DNA from: an uncultured Chitinophagaceae bacterium
GTDB lineage: Bacteria; Bacteroidota; Bacteroidia; Chitinophagales; Chitinophagaceae
Direction of reading: 5' to 3'
DNA length: 64,000 nucleotides
NCBI GenBank assembly: GCA_963704395.1
Contig: OY969906.1
Location: 884,935 to 948,934, forward strand
The position numbers and the translations under genes were made by a program. Within the stretch, counting starts at the first letter, position 1. Every line of letters starts with the position of its first letter. Below, one piece after another: positions 1 through 10,261 of the stretch. The notes below the pieces were generated by a model that was not told where the DNA came from, ran no database searches, and saw only the letters and a list, made by a program, of their open reading frames with translations.

Positions 1-33
1 TAAGGAACTATAATCCTGATCATAATTGATGCT

Positions 34-966
34 TTAGGCCGAAAGTTGTGTCGAACAAAAGCTACTGAAATTTAATTGTTCCACGTCCTTTTTGAACAAT
101 TCAAATTGTTCACTGTTCATATTTTTTACAGGCAACCGAAAATTGCCGCAATCCAAATCAACCAATTTCATGTAGGCCTTACCGGTAGCAATGCCACCGT
201 ATTTTCCCAACAAAGTAATCATGTCAATAGATAGTTGTTGCAGCGTTTGTGCTTTCTTCAAATCATTTTGATTAAATGCACCCATCAGGTCAAAATAAAG
301 CGGCGCCGCATAGTTGAAAGTACTGCCGACAGCGCCTTTAGCGCCCACAGCCAATGCGGAAAGCATATTTTCATCTCTACCCCAAAGCATATCGTACTTA
401 CCATTTTGAAAATGCACGCAGGAAAGAAAATCCATAAAATCTTCGTGGGTATATTTTATACCCGCGAAATTTGAAATCTTTGCTTCCACGCTTTTCAACA
501 GGTCAATCATAGGAAAACCCACCCCGTTTAGCACCGGAATATGGTAATAATAAAACGGCATATCCTCAACGGCGTCAGCGATATCTTTGCAGCAGGCTGC
601 AAGCGTTTCTGCATCAACAGGTTTAAAATAAAACGGAGCAGTAAACGAGACTCCGTATATGCCTGCCCATTTGGCGAAACGGGCAATGTCTTTACACTCT
701 TCAAGACTCGTACCCCCAATTAATGCCATTACTTTAAAATCTTTATCGCATTTTGCAGCATCCGCCCACGCCTTAATCACAGATTTTTTTTCACCGGCTG
801 TCATCGAAACTCCCTCTCCTGTCGATCCGCAGATAAATGCACCCGTAACTTTATTGTGTTTTAAAAACCGGTAATAGTCCGGAATTAAACTCAAATTCAC
901 TTTTCCTTTGTCATCCATCGGCGTGAAAGGGGCCGCAATTAAACCTTGCAAATGTTCTATATTCAT
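34..966 (-). CDS. nanA: N-acetylneuraminate lyase (DHDPS/NAL family)
   Basis: GSTGEG motif, YYYHIP and GIKYT (Schiff-base Lys), GAVGSTFN; start trimmed to MNIEHLQGLIAAPF at 966; PUL context. Confidence 0.85.
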   Translation of the reverse strand: MNIEHLQGLIAAPFTPMDDKGKVNLSLIPDYYRFLKHNKVTGAFICGSTGEGVSMTAGEKKSVIKAWADAAKCDKDFKVMALIGGTSLEECKDIARFAKWAGIYGVSFTAPFYFKPVDAETLAACCKDIADAVEDMPFYYYHIPVLNGVGFPMIDLLKSVEAKISNFAGIKYTHEDFMDFLSCVHFQNGKYDMLWGRDENMLSALAVGAKGAVGSTFNYAAPLYFDLMGAFNQNDLKKAQTLQQLSIDMITLLGKYGGIATGKAYMKLVDLDCGNFRLPVKNMNSEQFELFKKDVEQLNFSSFCSTQLSA

Positions 967-1025
967 TTTTATTATAGTTTCATCTAAAATTTTTAAAATA
1001 AAAAATCCATCTATTTGTTGATATA

Positions 1026-3053
1026 CTACCATTGCCACTTTTTCCCCGTTTCATCTGCATCCCAATTGATTCCTTTTCCTTTATGAACCGGAACTGCTGT
1101 AAACATCCATTTTACAGGGTTTTGCCAGTCTTTTCCTTTAAATCTTTTTACAGGCGTTTTTATCAATATTAAGTTCCAGCCTTTCTTAAAATTTACTTTG
1201 GTTGGCTGCCGATAAGAATACCCTTCATCTGTTAGCGGCACTTCCGAATTTCCTTTGGCCCCTCCATGTTTCCACTGCGGAGGCGCGATTAAATTTCCAT
1301 TCAACCAGATCTTGCTTCGCCTGTTATCCCATGTCCCATTGGCAGGATCATCTGTTGCAGTAGAACGGGAAAAATCATCAAATCCTATCCACAAAAAACC
1401 GGTGGTATCTTTTGGCTTCCATATTTTCGTGTATGCATAAAAGGTAGTATTTTCACTTGGATCCGCTAACCAGGACCTAATTGCAGGATACCACCAATGG
1501 CGCATATAAATCGTACCGCCTGTTACGGTTGCGGCAGCAGAGGAGTCCAAAATTGAGATTCCTATTTGCTCGGGCCAGAATTGGATTGAAAGATCTCCCT
1601 TGTTTTCAAAAGGTCCAAAGAATTTCCAATGAATATCGCTTTGTCGAACATAGGGAAATGGAAGATTTTTAAAATATTCGCCCTTGTGAATGACTAATCT
1701 GTTTTCAAATTCCCTGAAGGCAATTTCCCTGTCTGAATTTTCTTGTCCGATATTTACCACTGCTCCAGGGAAACCGCCACCACGCCACGACCTTTCTGCA
1801 AAAGCAAGCATCGCCGGGTAAACAGGGTTCATACGCAGCAAATCATTTTCATTAGCCGTACTGCGATCGTTCCATAAACAAATCTCGCCGCCAAGTTTAT
1901 TTGCACCGCCATGTATTGTATCACATAACTCTCTTTCAAAAATACTTACTACACTTTCCAACGGATCCATGTGATTGAGGTACAAACATCGTGAATCAAT
2001 ATATTGCACATTAGGGTTGTCCATACTCCTGCTTTCCCACAATTGCCGGATGGTAGAATCATCGTAGTTGCCACCCGGATACCAGCCGATTGTCTGTTTG
2101 CCTTGTTGATGAATTAAATCGGATATCTCCTGAATAAAATTTTTGTTGGAAAATTTTACCTCATCAGCGCCGATATGCAGATAAGGAACACCATACGTAC
2201 TGTCAAATTCAGTGATGATATTTTTAAGGATAGCCATTCCTTCTTCGCTTTGCATATCCACTCCAAAAGTCCGGGTAAATGCAGCGCTATGTCCAGGCAT
2301 ATCTATTTCGGGAACAAAAGTGATAAAGCGATCGCGGCAATATTGAACCAGATCTTTTATATCTTCTTGGCTATAAAATTTACCTTTATCACGAACCATA
2401 TTTTTTGCTTCTGTAAGCTCCGGATATTTTTTGATGGCTATTCTCCAGGCAATATCTTCCGTTGGATGAAAATGAAAAACATTAAGTTTGTATCGGGACA
2501 TCATATCAATCTGCTGCTTTAATAATTTTACTGATTGATAATTTCTTCCTACATCTACCATATAGCCTCGCCACGCAAATACAGGCCAGTCTTTGATCTC
2601 ACAAGAGGTCATTTTCCCTTTTTGGATTAATTGCCTTAGTGTTTGCAAGCCATTGAAAATTCCATGTGGTGAATTTGCGCACAGCGTTATTTTATTTTCA
2701 GAAACACTTAATAGGTACGCTTCTCCTGAAAAGGAAGGCGACTCCACTTTTTCTATTTTCAATTCAATTTCTGGTAAAACAATATTTTTTGTTTTAAATT
2801 TAATTGCTGATTTCCCTCCTGAAAGAGTTATCATTTTGTGTAACTCAATTGCAAATTTTTTTAATGAATAATCATTTATTGCAATTGTTTTATAAAGGTT
2901 TAAAGAAAATTTTTCCTGGTTCCATTGAACCGATTGAGGAAGAGGAATAAGAGAAGGATCTTGTGCCTTGGTTGTAAAAAAACCCAGTGCTACCCAAAAT
3001 AGAAGGAGGGTAGTTATTTTTGATTGTATTTTATTTTTTGATTTTAAATTCAT
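1026..3053 (-). CDS. GH20 beta-N-acetylhexosaminidase, secreted
   Basis: Signal peptide, RGYMVDVGR, PEIDMPGH and HIGADE catalytic motif of GH20. Confidence 0.9.
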   Translation of the reverse strand: MNLKSKNKIQSKITTLLLFWVALGFFTTKAQDPSLIPLPQSVQWNQEKFSLNLYKTIAINDYSLKKFAIELHKMITLSGGKSAIKFKTKNIVLPEIELKIEKVESPSFSGEAYLLSVSENKITLCANSPHGIFNGLQTLRQLIQKGKMTSCEIKDWPVFAWRGYMVDVGRNYQSVKLLKQQIDMMSRYKLNVFHFHPTEDIAWRIAIKKYPELTEAKNMVRDKGKFYSQEDIKDLVQYCRDRFITFVPEIDMPGHSAAFTRTFGVDMQSEEGMAILKNIITEFDSTYGVPYLHIGADEVKFSNKNFIQEISDLIHQQGKQTIGWYPGGNYDDSTIRQLWESRSMDNPNVQYIDSRCLYLNHMDPLESVVSIFERELCDTIHGGANKLGGEICLWNDRSTANENDLLRMNPVYPAMLAFAERSWRGGGFPGAVVNIGQENSDREIAFREFENRLVIHKGEYFKNLPFPYVRQSDIHWKFFGPFENKGDLSIQFWPEQIGISILDSSAAATVTGGTIYMRHWWYPAIRSWLADPSENTTFYAYTKIWKPKDTTGFLWIGFDDFSRSTATDDPANGTWDNRRSKIWLNGNLIAPPQWKHGGAKGNSEVPLTDEGYSYRQPTKVNFKKGWNLILIKTPVKRFKGKDWQNPVKWMFTAVPVHKGKGINWDADETGKKWQW

Positions 3054-3189
3054 TTTAAAAAATTATTACAAATCATAGCAAGTATTGGGAGATAAAAACC
3101 CGTAAATTAATCCATGCATTCTTGTTCAAATTATTAAGCGGTATTTTCAAAAAAGATACTTCTTCAAGTTTGTTTCTTGAGTTTTTAAA

Positions 3190-3213
3190 AATCAGGGGAT
3201 GAGAACATCCCCC
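3190..3213 (-). terminator. Rho-independent terminator-like hairpin downstream of susD
   Basis: GGGGATG-agaa-CATCCCC at 3195-3212, followed on the minus strand by TGATTTTT. Confidence 0.6.
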
Positions 3214-3277
3214 GTTATTAACTGCTTATTGATTATGAGAAAAAATATATTTCAAAATAAAAAAAAATTAGTTATGA

Positions 3278-4864
3278 TTAAAAACTTGAATATCCTGCTG
3301 TCTGCACCAAATCTCTGTTGTTGGTTAAAGAAGTCCGGTCTATTGGCCAAAGCAATCTGCCTACCGGATCAGTATTAGGAAAAGCTGAAGCGGACAATGC
3401 ATGTTCATAAACATAAGAACCCGCGGGATCCATTCTTAATAAATCATACCATCTTTTTCCTTCAAAAATAAATTCATAAAAGCGCTCCTGCAAAATTGCC
3501 TCTTTGGGATCTGCATCAATTGGTTGATTGGGGTATCCATAAACTGCATCGGAATAATTGGAACCGTAAGCCCTTTCTCTGATCATATCAATTTCATTGG
3601 TCGGATCCATGCCTAATATTACTTCCGCTTCTGCTTTCAGCAGCAATAAATCTGCATAACGGTATATCGGTAAATCATTAGTGATTACGCGGTTACCTGC
3701 CTGAAATTCGCCCTGGTACTTATCAACAAAACAGCCGGCAATTACATATTGACCATTAACTAAATTATAAGCAGGTTGGATGGATGCCAATGCCCTGGTA
3801 TCAAGAAGATTAAATTGTCTGAAGGCAGATATTTTTACAGGCGCACGCAAAAGGCCACCCCAGTTGCCTGTGCTATTCGGATCCAATTCCACATTATTTA
3901 CAGAATCATAAAAATTAGAAATAAGACCTGTCTGTGGTAAAAATGTGCTTGTAGCAAAACCCATCGTTGCTTCATTATAGCCATAATGGGACGCAAAAAT
4001 AATTTCGGAGTTCTGTCTGTTGGTCGTTGCAAAAACATTAGCAAAAGCAGATGGTGCAGAACCAGCAGTGGTTACTAGCGCAAGGCCAGGCACGTTTGTC
4101 TGAATATCATTTAAAGCATTCAAAGCCGTCGTAGCGTCTGCGGTGCCTCCTCCCCTGTAACTTGTCCACAGATACACATGCGCCTTCAACATTAAAGTTG
4201 CGCTTTTTGACCAGAAATATTTTCCATTTGCAGCATTAAAGGCATAATTGCTGCCGAAGTTATTATTAGAACTGTCAATGTCCGACTTAATCAATGCAAT
4301 AGTTTCTTCGGCAGTATTGGAAGACTTGGCCAAACTAGCAATATTGAAAGAAGTTACGGGATCAGTTTGTAAAACTACACCTCCCCATGACCTGTACAGT
4401 TGAAAATAATAATAGGCACGCATTCCAAAGGCAATTCCCAGGTAATAACTTTTGGTGGCCGGCGTCAGAAGATTTGTATTTTGCAACTGGCTTATTAACA
4501 AATTAATTTGTACAATATTATAATAGAAACCTCCAAAATTGCTAAGTGTCCACACATTATCCAAATTCAAGGTATTGAGCCATGTTCGTTCCACGCCCTG
4601 GGTGGCCTCTCCTGTAAAGGCCCCGGAGTTACCAGGATCTGTGCCAAATATATCGGCACGCAATTCGCCTAATGCCAGGAAGTTGCCGTTATCTGTTCTG
4701 AACCGGGTATGAATGCCGGTAACAAAAGCATCGAATGAACTGGCAGCGGTCCAATAGTTACTATTACTTATAGTACTAACCGGTGCAAGATCTAATTGTT
4801 TTGTGCAGGAATTAAAAAAACTTATAACTCCTACACTTAAGATTGCTGTTATTATTTTTTTCAT
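3278..4864 (-). CDS. SusD/RagB family glycan-binding lipoprotein
   Basis: Lipoprotein signal MKKIITAILSVGVISFFNSC, YRYADLLLLKAEA and ERFYEFIFEGKRWYDLLR motifs; start trimmed to 4864. Confidence 0.92.
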   Translation of the reverse strand: MKKIITAILSVGVISFFNSCTKQLDLAPVSTISNSNYWTAASSFDAFVTGIHTRFRTDNGNFLALGELRADIFGTDPGNSGAFTGEATQGVERTWLNTLNLDNVWTLSNFGGFYYNIVQINLLISQLQNTNLLTPATKSYYLGIAFGMRAYYYFQLYRSWGGVVLQTDPVTSFNIASLAKSSNTAEETIALIKSDIDSSNNNFGSNYAFNAANGKYFWSKSATLMLKAHVYLWTSYRGGGTADATTALNALNDIQTNVPGLALVTTAGSAPSAFANVFATTNRQNSEIIFASHYGYNEATMGFATSTFLPQTGLISNFYDSVNNVELDPNSTGNWGGLLRAPVKISAFRQFNLLDTRALASIQPAYNLVNGQYVIAGCFVDKYQGEFQAGNRVITNDLPIYRYADLLLLKAEAEVILGMDPTNEIDMIRERAYGSNYSDAVYGYPNQPIDADPKEAILQERFYEFIFEGKRWYDLLRMDPAGSYVYEHALSASAFPNTDPVGRLLWPIDRTSLTNNRDLVQTAGYSSF

Positions 4865-4883
4865 ATAATGATTTTTAGAAAAT

Positions 4884-7800
4884 TTAAAATGAAACCTGAG
4901 CGCCAAATACAAATGTTTTAGGAGTTGGATAGGTCCCTTGATAAACACCGGAAATTACTCCACTGGAATTTAGAGGTGGCTCAGGTGAAAGGCCCCTGAA
5001 TTTTGTAATGTAGAATAAGTTGCTAGCGCTGACAAATACTCTTGTGTGTGTCAGAAGCTTCGTCTTTGATAACAAGTCTTTAGAAAAATCATATGACAAT
5101 GATATCTCTCTGCAGGCAACATAATTTCCCTTTTCATACATAGAAGAATTATTCCCGTTTAACACAGCGCCTGCATTATTACCCCGCGTATAATTCTGTT
5201 TGCCTGCCCCCTGAACTTGGTCTGCATAATATACTTTGGGAATGTCAGTAATTTCATGGGTGGGAGACCAGGAATCTTGCTGTAATTTAGTATAATTAAA
5301 AGTTCCCTGGTAATTTCCCAAAGTCCTTGCAAGCTGATCGTCGTAAATAGTATAACCAAGGGAATAATCAAAACGAGCAAAGATTGTGAAATTGAGATAA
5401 GATAAATCGGTAGAAAATCCACCGGTATATTTTGGATAAATATTGCCAATATAAACCTGGTCTCTTGAATCAATAGTATCATTTTTATCTACATCTAACC
5501 AATTTACGTCTCCGGGAGTGATATGTCCGCCATCTGAACCCGGACCGGCCGGAAGATTAGGCCCGGTAATGTTAGCAATCTTATCAACCCTATTTCCTGC
5601 CATTGCCTCTACAGCTGCATCATCTTTAAAAATGGAAACCTGTTTATATGCATAAATATTACCTAAAGGCTGACCTTCCTGGATTCCACCAACCCAAACC
5701 AACTGATTGGTTTTAGGATCCCAAACCTGTAACCCTCCCTGCCTGTTATTTGCGTTTCCATTAAAGGGCAATTTCAAAACCTTATTCCTGTCGTATGAAA
5801 TATTTGCGCTAACATTCCAGGTAAGGCCATTTGATAATCTTAAGATATTTGCGTTCAGTGTAAATTCATATCCCTTGTTCTGAAAGGTTCCCGAGTTAGT
5901 AGTTACGGATGAATAGCCTACATAGCTTGGTAGTGCCAATGAAGTTAAGAGGTTACTTGTTTTTCTATCATAATAATCAAACAATAAAGTTATCCTGTTG
6001 CTTAAAAACCCAAAATCTGCGCCTATATCTGTAGTAGTACTTTTTTCCCATTGTAACCCAGAGTTGACGGGCGAGGTATTCAGATAACCTCCCACATTAT
6101 TATAATTGCCCTGGCTCCCAAAAACGCCTTGTACATCATAAGGCCCCACACCTGCAATATTACCATTTTGGCCATAACTTATCCTGGGTTTAAAGGTTGA
6201 CAAAACTTCATGCAATGAACTGTTTTTATAAAATTGTTCGTTTTGCATATTCCAACCTGCTGACGTCCCAGGGAAAAAGCCCCAACGTTGCTGAGTGGCA
6301 AGATTTGAAACGCCATCTTCCCTTCCTACTAATGTTACCAGATACCGGTTATCATAATCATAATTTATTCTACCGAATCCTGAAACGATTGAGTTCTGTG
6401 TTTTTGTACTATAGTTAGTACCCGCGGCAAAAGTGGTAGAGGAATTTACAGTCGTAATCAAATCGGTAGGTGAATTAGTTCCATATACCTGCATAATAAA
6501 ATTTTTCTGACCAAAAAATTCAGTACCAAGCATGGCATCCAAATGGTTTTTTGATAGAAAAGTTTTTGAATAATTTATGGTAGCATCGTATTGTTGCTGA
6601 AAAAGAGTATTATAATAATCATAAGCCGGTCTCGATGTAGAGGATGCTGGAGGATTTGAAAAATATTGGGCATACGTTTGCGTTGCATCCTGGTGATATT
6701 CTTGCAAATTCTCATAATAATAAATCGAAGCGGTTCCTCTAACATATAAGTCAGGCATTATGTCATATTTTATCGAAGTATTTGCTGTGATCCTGTTTGT
6801 TACATTGGACCTTTGTATTTTTGATAGTAAGTATAAAGGGTTACCATCTGATGAGCCATTTCCGGGGTTAGGCAACGTTTTCGCTGAATCCAGCCACGGA
6901 TTCATGGTCGGCCATAAAGCCTCTGTCCTGTAAATGGTATTTATTTCTGAATTGGGAGTACCTAATTGATTTGACGTAGAAAAAGTACCGCCTGTAGTTA
7001 CTTCCAAATCGGGCCTTACTTTATATGAGTAGGTAACATCACCCGTATAACGATTATAGTTTGATCCAACGATTACTCCCCCTTCATTATAGTAATCAAA
7101 ACTTCCAAAAACCTTGCTCTTGTCATTTCCTGCAACAAGATTAATATAATGATCCTGCGTTTGTGTGTTTCTAAATAACAAATCCTTTATTTCTCCACCA
7201 TGATCTTTAAAAATAATGGCGCCCGAAGGATTCGTTACGCTTGCACCATACGGATCAGTTAAGGTATCCCAACCCTGTGATAATAAATTTTCATTCCCAG
7301 AATATGCCCTGATATCAAAAGAGGCTAAATCAGCAGGATCTGTAAGCAAGCCATAACCTCTTGTAGCATTCACTTGTGCCAAAGTCCTTCCTGAATTAAG
7401 ATTACCGAGGCGATTGTAATAAATAAAATCCTTGGCATCCAGGTAATCAAAACCGTTTCTTTGTTGATTCCGCCCATCTGTAAACTTATAAGAAATCTCC
7501 GCCTTCCCAGTCTTCCCCTTTTTTGTTGTGATTAGAATTACACCGTTATTTGCCCTGGCTCCGTAAATAGCTGTAGCGGCAGCGTCTCTCAAGAGATCAA
7601 CAGAGGCAATATCCTCAGGTGCAATATCATTAAAGGATCTGATTATACCATCCACAACTACCAAAGGAGCTCCCGGATTATTAATGCTGGCACCCCCCCG
7701 TAGCAATATATTTGGTGAAGAACCTGGTGTACCAGATGAATTTATTACCTGTACTCCCGCAACAGATCCTTGCAAAGCTGTTCCTACATTAGCACGGGGG

Positions 7801-8204
7801 GCCGTTGCCAAAACCTGGTTATCAACCTTTCCTATTGAACTGGTGACGTTCCGCCGGTTTTGAGTTCCATATCCAACCACTACAACTTCTCCCAACTTAT
7901 CGGCAGAAACATTTAATGTAACATTAATAATGGCAGAACTTCCCACTTTAATACTTTGTGATGAAAAACCAACGGATGAAAAATTCAAGACATTCCCTGG
8001 AGATGCATCAATAGTATATACCCCCTCAGCATTGGTCTGGGTACCGGTACTATTCCCCTTCAAAATAACAGAAACGCCGGAAAGCGGGCTGCTGTCAACA
8101 CCTGATGTAATTTTCCCGGTTATCCTTTTCGTTTGCGCCCACGCCTGGGAAGCAAAAAGAAAGAAGGTGAAAAAAATCCCAATTTTCAAATAAGAAAATT
8201 TCAT
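4884..8204 (-). CDS. SusC/RagA TonB-dependent outer membrane transporter
   Basis: Signal peptide, VVVVGYG, PLVVVDG, AIYGARANNGVILITTKKG plug motifs, C-terminal Phe. Confidence 0.95.
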   Translation of the reverse strand: MKFSYLKIGIFFTFFLFASQAWAQTKRITGKITSGVDSSPLSGVSVILKGNSTGTQTNAEGVYTIDASPGNVLNFSSVGFSSQSIKVGSSAIINVTLNVSADKLGEVVVVGYGTQNRRNVTSSIGKVDNQVLATAPRANVGTALQGSVAGVQVINSSGTPGSSPNILLRGGASINNPGAPLVVVDGIIRSFNDIAPEDIASVDLLRDAAATAIYGARANNGVILITTKKGKTGKAEISYKFTDGRNQQRNGFDYLDAKDFIYYNRLGNLNSGRTLAQVNATRGYGLLTDPADLASFDIRAYSGNENLLSQGWDTLTDPYGASVTNPSGAIIFKDHGGEIKDLLFRNTQTQDHYINLVAGNDKSKVFGSFDYYNEGGVIVGSNYNRYTGDVTYSYKVRPDLEVTTGGTFSTSNQLGTPNSEINTIYRTEALWPTMNPWLDSAKTLPNPGNGSSDGNPLYLLSKIQRSNVTNRITANTSIKYDIMPDLYVRGTASIYYYENLQEYHQDATQTYAQYFSNPPASSTSRPAYDYYNTLFQQQYDATINYSKTFLSKNHLDAMLGTEFFGQKNFIMQVYGTNSPTDLITTVNSSTTFAAGTNYSTKTQNSIVSGFGRINYDYDNRYLVTLVGREDGVSNLATQQRWGFFPGTSAGWNMQNEQFYKNSSLHEVLSTFKPRISYGQNGNIAGVGPYDVQGVFGSQGNYNNVGGYLNTSPVNSGLQWEKSTTTDIGADFGFLSNRITLLFDYYDRKTSNLLTSLALPSYVGYSSVTTNSGTFQNKGYEFTLNANILRLSNGLTWNVSANISYDRNKVLKLPFNGNANNRQGGLQVWDPKTNQLVWVGGIQEGQPLGNIYAYKQVSIFKDDAAVEAMAGNRVDKIANITGPNLPAGPGSDGGHITPGDVNWLDVDKNDTIDSRDQVYIGNIYPKYTGGFSTDLSYLNFTIFARFDYSLGYTIYDDQLARTLGNYQGTFNYTKLQQDSWSPTHEITDIPKVYYADQVQGAGKQNYTRGNNAGAVLNGNNSSMYEKGNYVACREISLSYDFSKDLLSKTKLLTHTRVFVSASNLFYITKFRGLSPEPPLNSSGVISGVYQGTYPTPKTFVFGAQVSF

Positions 8205-8231
8205 TTTTAAATAGTTTAAGGTTTTATTGTA

Positions 8232-8246
8232 TTATGTCTAACATAA
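8232..8246. promoter_or_regulatory. Palindrome TTATGT-cta-ACATAA, candidate operator
   Basis: Perfect 6-bp inverted repeat directly downstream of the susC -7 box. Confidence 0.5.
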
Positions 8247-8278
8247 CAAAAATATAATGCTAATTTTACACCACCAAA
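8247..8278 (-). promoter_or_regulatory. Bacteroidota sigma70 promoter of susC (TTTG-N20-TATTTTTG)
   Basis: Minus-strand -7 box TATTTTTG at 8247-8254 and -33 TTTG at 8275-8278 with 20-bp spacer. Confidence 0.7.
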
Positions 8279-8382
8279 TAAATTTTGGATATTTTATAAA
8301 TATTATTTTTTTTGTTAAGTAATCATACTTTTACAAACAAACTGTTCTCTCTGACATTTAAATGGATAAACCATAAAAAATT

Positions 8383-9090
8383 ATGAACTCAGCCGTTTTT
8401 AAAAAAAATCTGAAAACAATTGATACGTCTACTTTGGTAGATAAAGTAGAAAAAAAGCTGGTAGAAATATTACAGCAAAAGAAATTAAAGATAGGAGACT
8501 CAATCCCTAAAGAAATAGAATTAGCGGAAACCCTTGGGGTAAGCCGAACCGTAATCAGGGAAGCCTTATTAAGACTAAGAATGATGGGATTATTGGAATC
8601 TAAAAAGAAAAGAGGAGCCGTAATTACCAGTCCCGATATTTTTGGAATTATGAGTAAAAGCATGAATCCACATATATTGGATCAGGAAACATTAAAAGAA
8701 ATATTTGAAATAAGATTGGTACTCGAAATAGGAATGGCGGATTTTCTTTTTAAAAGAAAAACTAAAGAAGATATAGAAGAATTGAGAGAAATTGTAAGAA
8801 ATGAGCCTAAAATTACTGACAAGCATTTGTTCAACATTAGCCATGAAATTGCTTTTCATGGAAAGCTATATGAGATATCAGGTAATGAAGCCATGAAAAA
8901 ATTTCAAAAAATGTTATTGCCGGTTTTTGATTATGTACATCATAGCGGTTTGCTCGGAAAACCAATTCCGCTTAGGAAATTTATTTCACATAAAGAACTG
9001 GTGAACATTTTAGAAAAAGGAACTCCCGAATTATTCCGTAACGCCATGCGCCATCATTTGGAGAATCATTTTGCCCGGTTGTTCGATTAA
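8383..9090 (+). CDS. GntR/FadR family transcriptional regulator
   Basis: N-terminal wHTH (PKEIELAETLGVSRTVIREAL), FCD-like C-terminus with FHGKL; divergent from susC. Confidence 0.9.
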   Translation: MNSAVFKKNLKTIDTSTLVDKVEKKLVEILQQKKLKIGDSIPKEIELAETLGVSRTVIREALLRLRMMGLLESKKKRGAVITSPDIFGIMSKSMNPHILDQETLKEIFEIRLVLEIGMADFLFKRKTKEDIEELREIVRNEPKITDKHLFNISHEIAFHGKLYEISGNEAMKKFQKMLLPVFDYVHHSGLLGKPIPLRKFISHKELVNILEKGTPELFRNAMRHHLENHFARLFD

Positions 9091-9327
9091 AAGTCAAGGT
9101 GGAAATGTTAAATAGTAAAATGAAGAAAGGGGGGCTTAATTATTTGAATGCGAGAAATAGTGAAGGCCGGCAACCTTTAAAAAAAATAATTCTTCAGGCT
9201 TTAATACAGAAGAAAAATTATTACACAAGCCATTTTCCTTTTGTATATAGTGCTTTTGCTCTTCCTATAGAAATAATGATCGAAAGAAAGATTACAGCAG
9301 TCTGACCTTTGTTTGCCGGCAGCTTGT

Positions 9328-9936
9328 TCATTTTAGCCTTCTAATATTCAATATTTTTATAAAATTGACGAAGGTGGTATTAGTATCCGGTTGATCGTGA
9401 ATTTGTCTTACAAAGTTCATTCCTTCAATAACTTTTCCAAAAGTAACATACCCTTTTTTATCAGGGCTGGCATCACCACCATAATCATAATCGGGCTCAT
9501 CATCCATACAAATAAAAAATTCTGTATTGCCGGAATTTGGGGTTTCATTGCGTGCCAGAGATATTACCCCTTTTGTATGAAGTATCCCTGTTTGTTGGGT
9601 AGTTTCCAAAGGAATTCCGGGAATAGTTTGTTGCAGTTTAAATTTAGTCTGCCAAAGGCCTCCCTGGATCAATTGGGTTTTAGCGACATTCATTGCCTGG
9701 TCTTCCTTTTTTAAGACCCTGTAAAAAGATGTGTTCTTATAATAACCTGAATCTACATAAGATAGAAATGCGGCAACAGTTTTAGGCGCTTTGTCCGGAT
9801 ATAATTCAACAATAATATCGCCATAATAGGTGTCTATATCAATGGTGGGTTTTGAATATTTTTTGATTGTTTGGGTGCAACTTACTATGGCAAAAACAAA
9901 AAATAAAAACAAAAATTTTAAAAATCTGGTAAGCAT
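9328..9936 (-). CDS. Cyclophilin-type peptidyl-prolyl isomerase, probable lipoprotein
   Basis: YPDKAPKTVAAF, FYRV, EFFIC, FGKVIEGM motifs; lipobox-like IVSC. Confidence 0.88.
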   Translation of the reverse strand: MLTRFLKFLFLFFVFAIVSCTQTIKKYSKPTIDIDTYYGDIIVELYPDKAPKTVAAFLSYVDSGYYKNTSFYRVLKKEDQAMNVAKTQLIQGGLWQTKFKLQQTIPGIPLETTQQTGILHTKGVISLARNETPNSGNTEFFICMDDEPDYDYGGDASPDKKGYVTFGKVIEGMNFVRQIHDQPDTNTTFVNFIKILNIRRLK

Positions 9937-10261
9937 GAAATCAAATTAATTGTAACTGATCAGATGAACAGCCTCAGATCCGGATTAAACAAAGATATGG
10001 TGAAGAAATAAAAGATTAACAGTAACAGAAAGAAATCTGATCACATTTGTTACAAAAATATTTCTACCTTATAGTTTACTGATACCAAAACTTTGAATAA
10101 AAAAATTGCGGCTAACCTTTGGAGTCTCCGGTGAAATAAACATTATAGTTGGTATAGTTGACAATGAAAACCAAATCAGTTCTCCCGATTTGGCTACAGC
10201 TAAAGTCTCCTAAACCATGGAACCTCCCGAAATCAGTCGGGGCAACCTGTTAATTAAAATA

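Noticed and set aside
1-23. Possible start of the next PUL gene (MIRIIVP) on the minus strand
   Set aside because: Too short to support
967-1038. Extended N-terminus of nanA in the ORF track
   Set aside because: Overlaps the GH20 end and has no family similarity; the ATG at 966 fits better
9099-9305. 68-aa plus-strand ORF
   Set aside because: No motif and no clear start signals; likely intergenic
10226-10241. CCCGA-N6-TCGGG hairpin after ftsZ
   Set aside because: Only a 5-bp stem and no T tail
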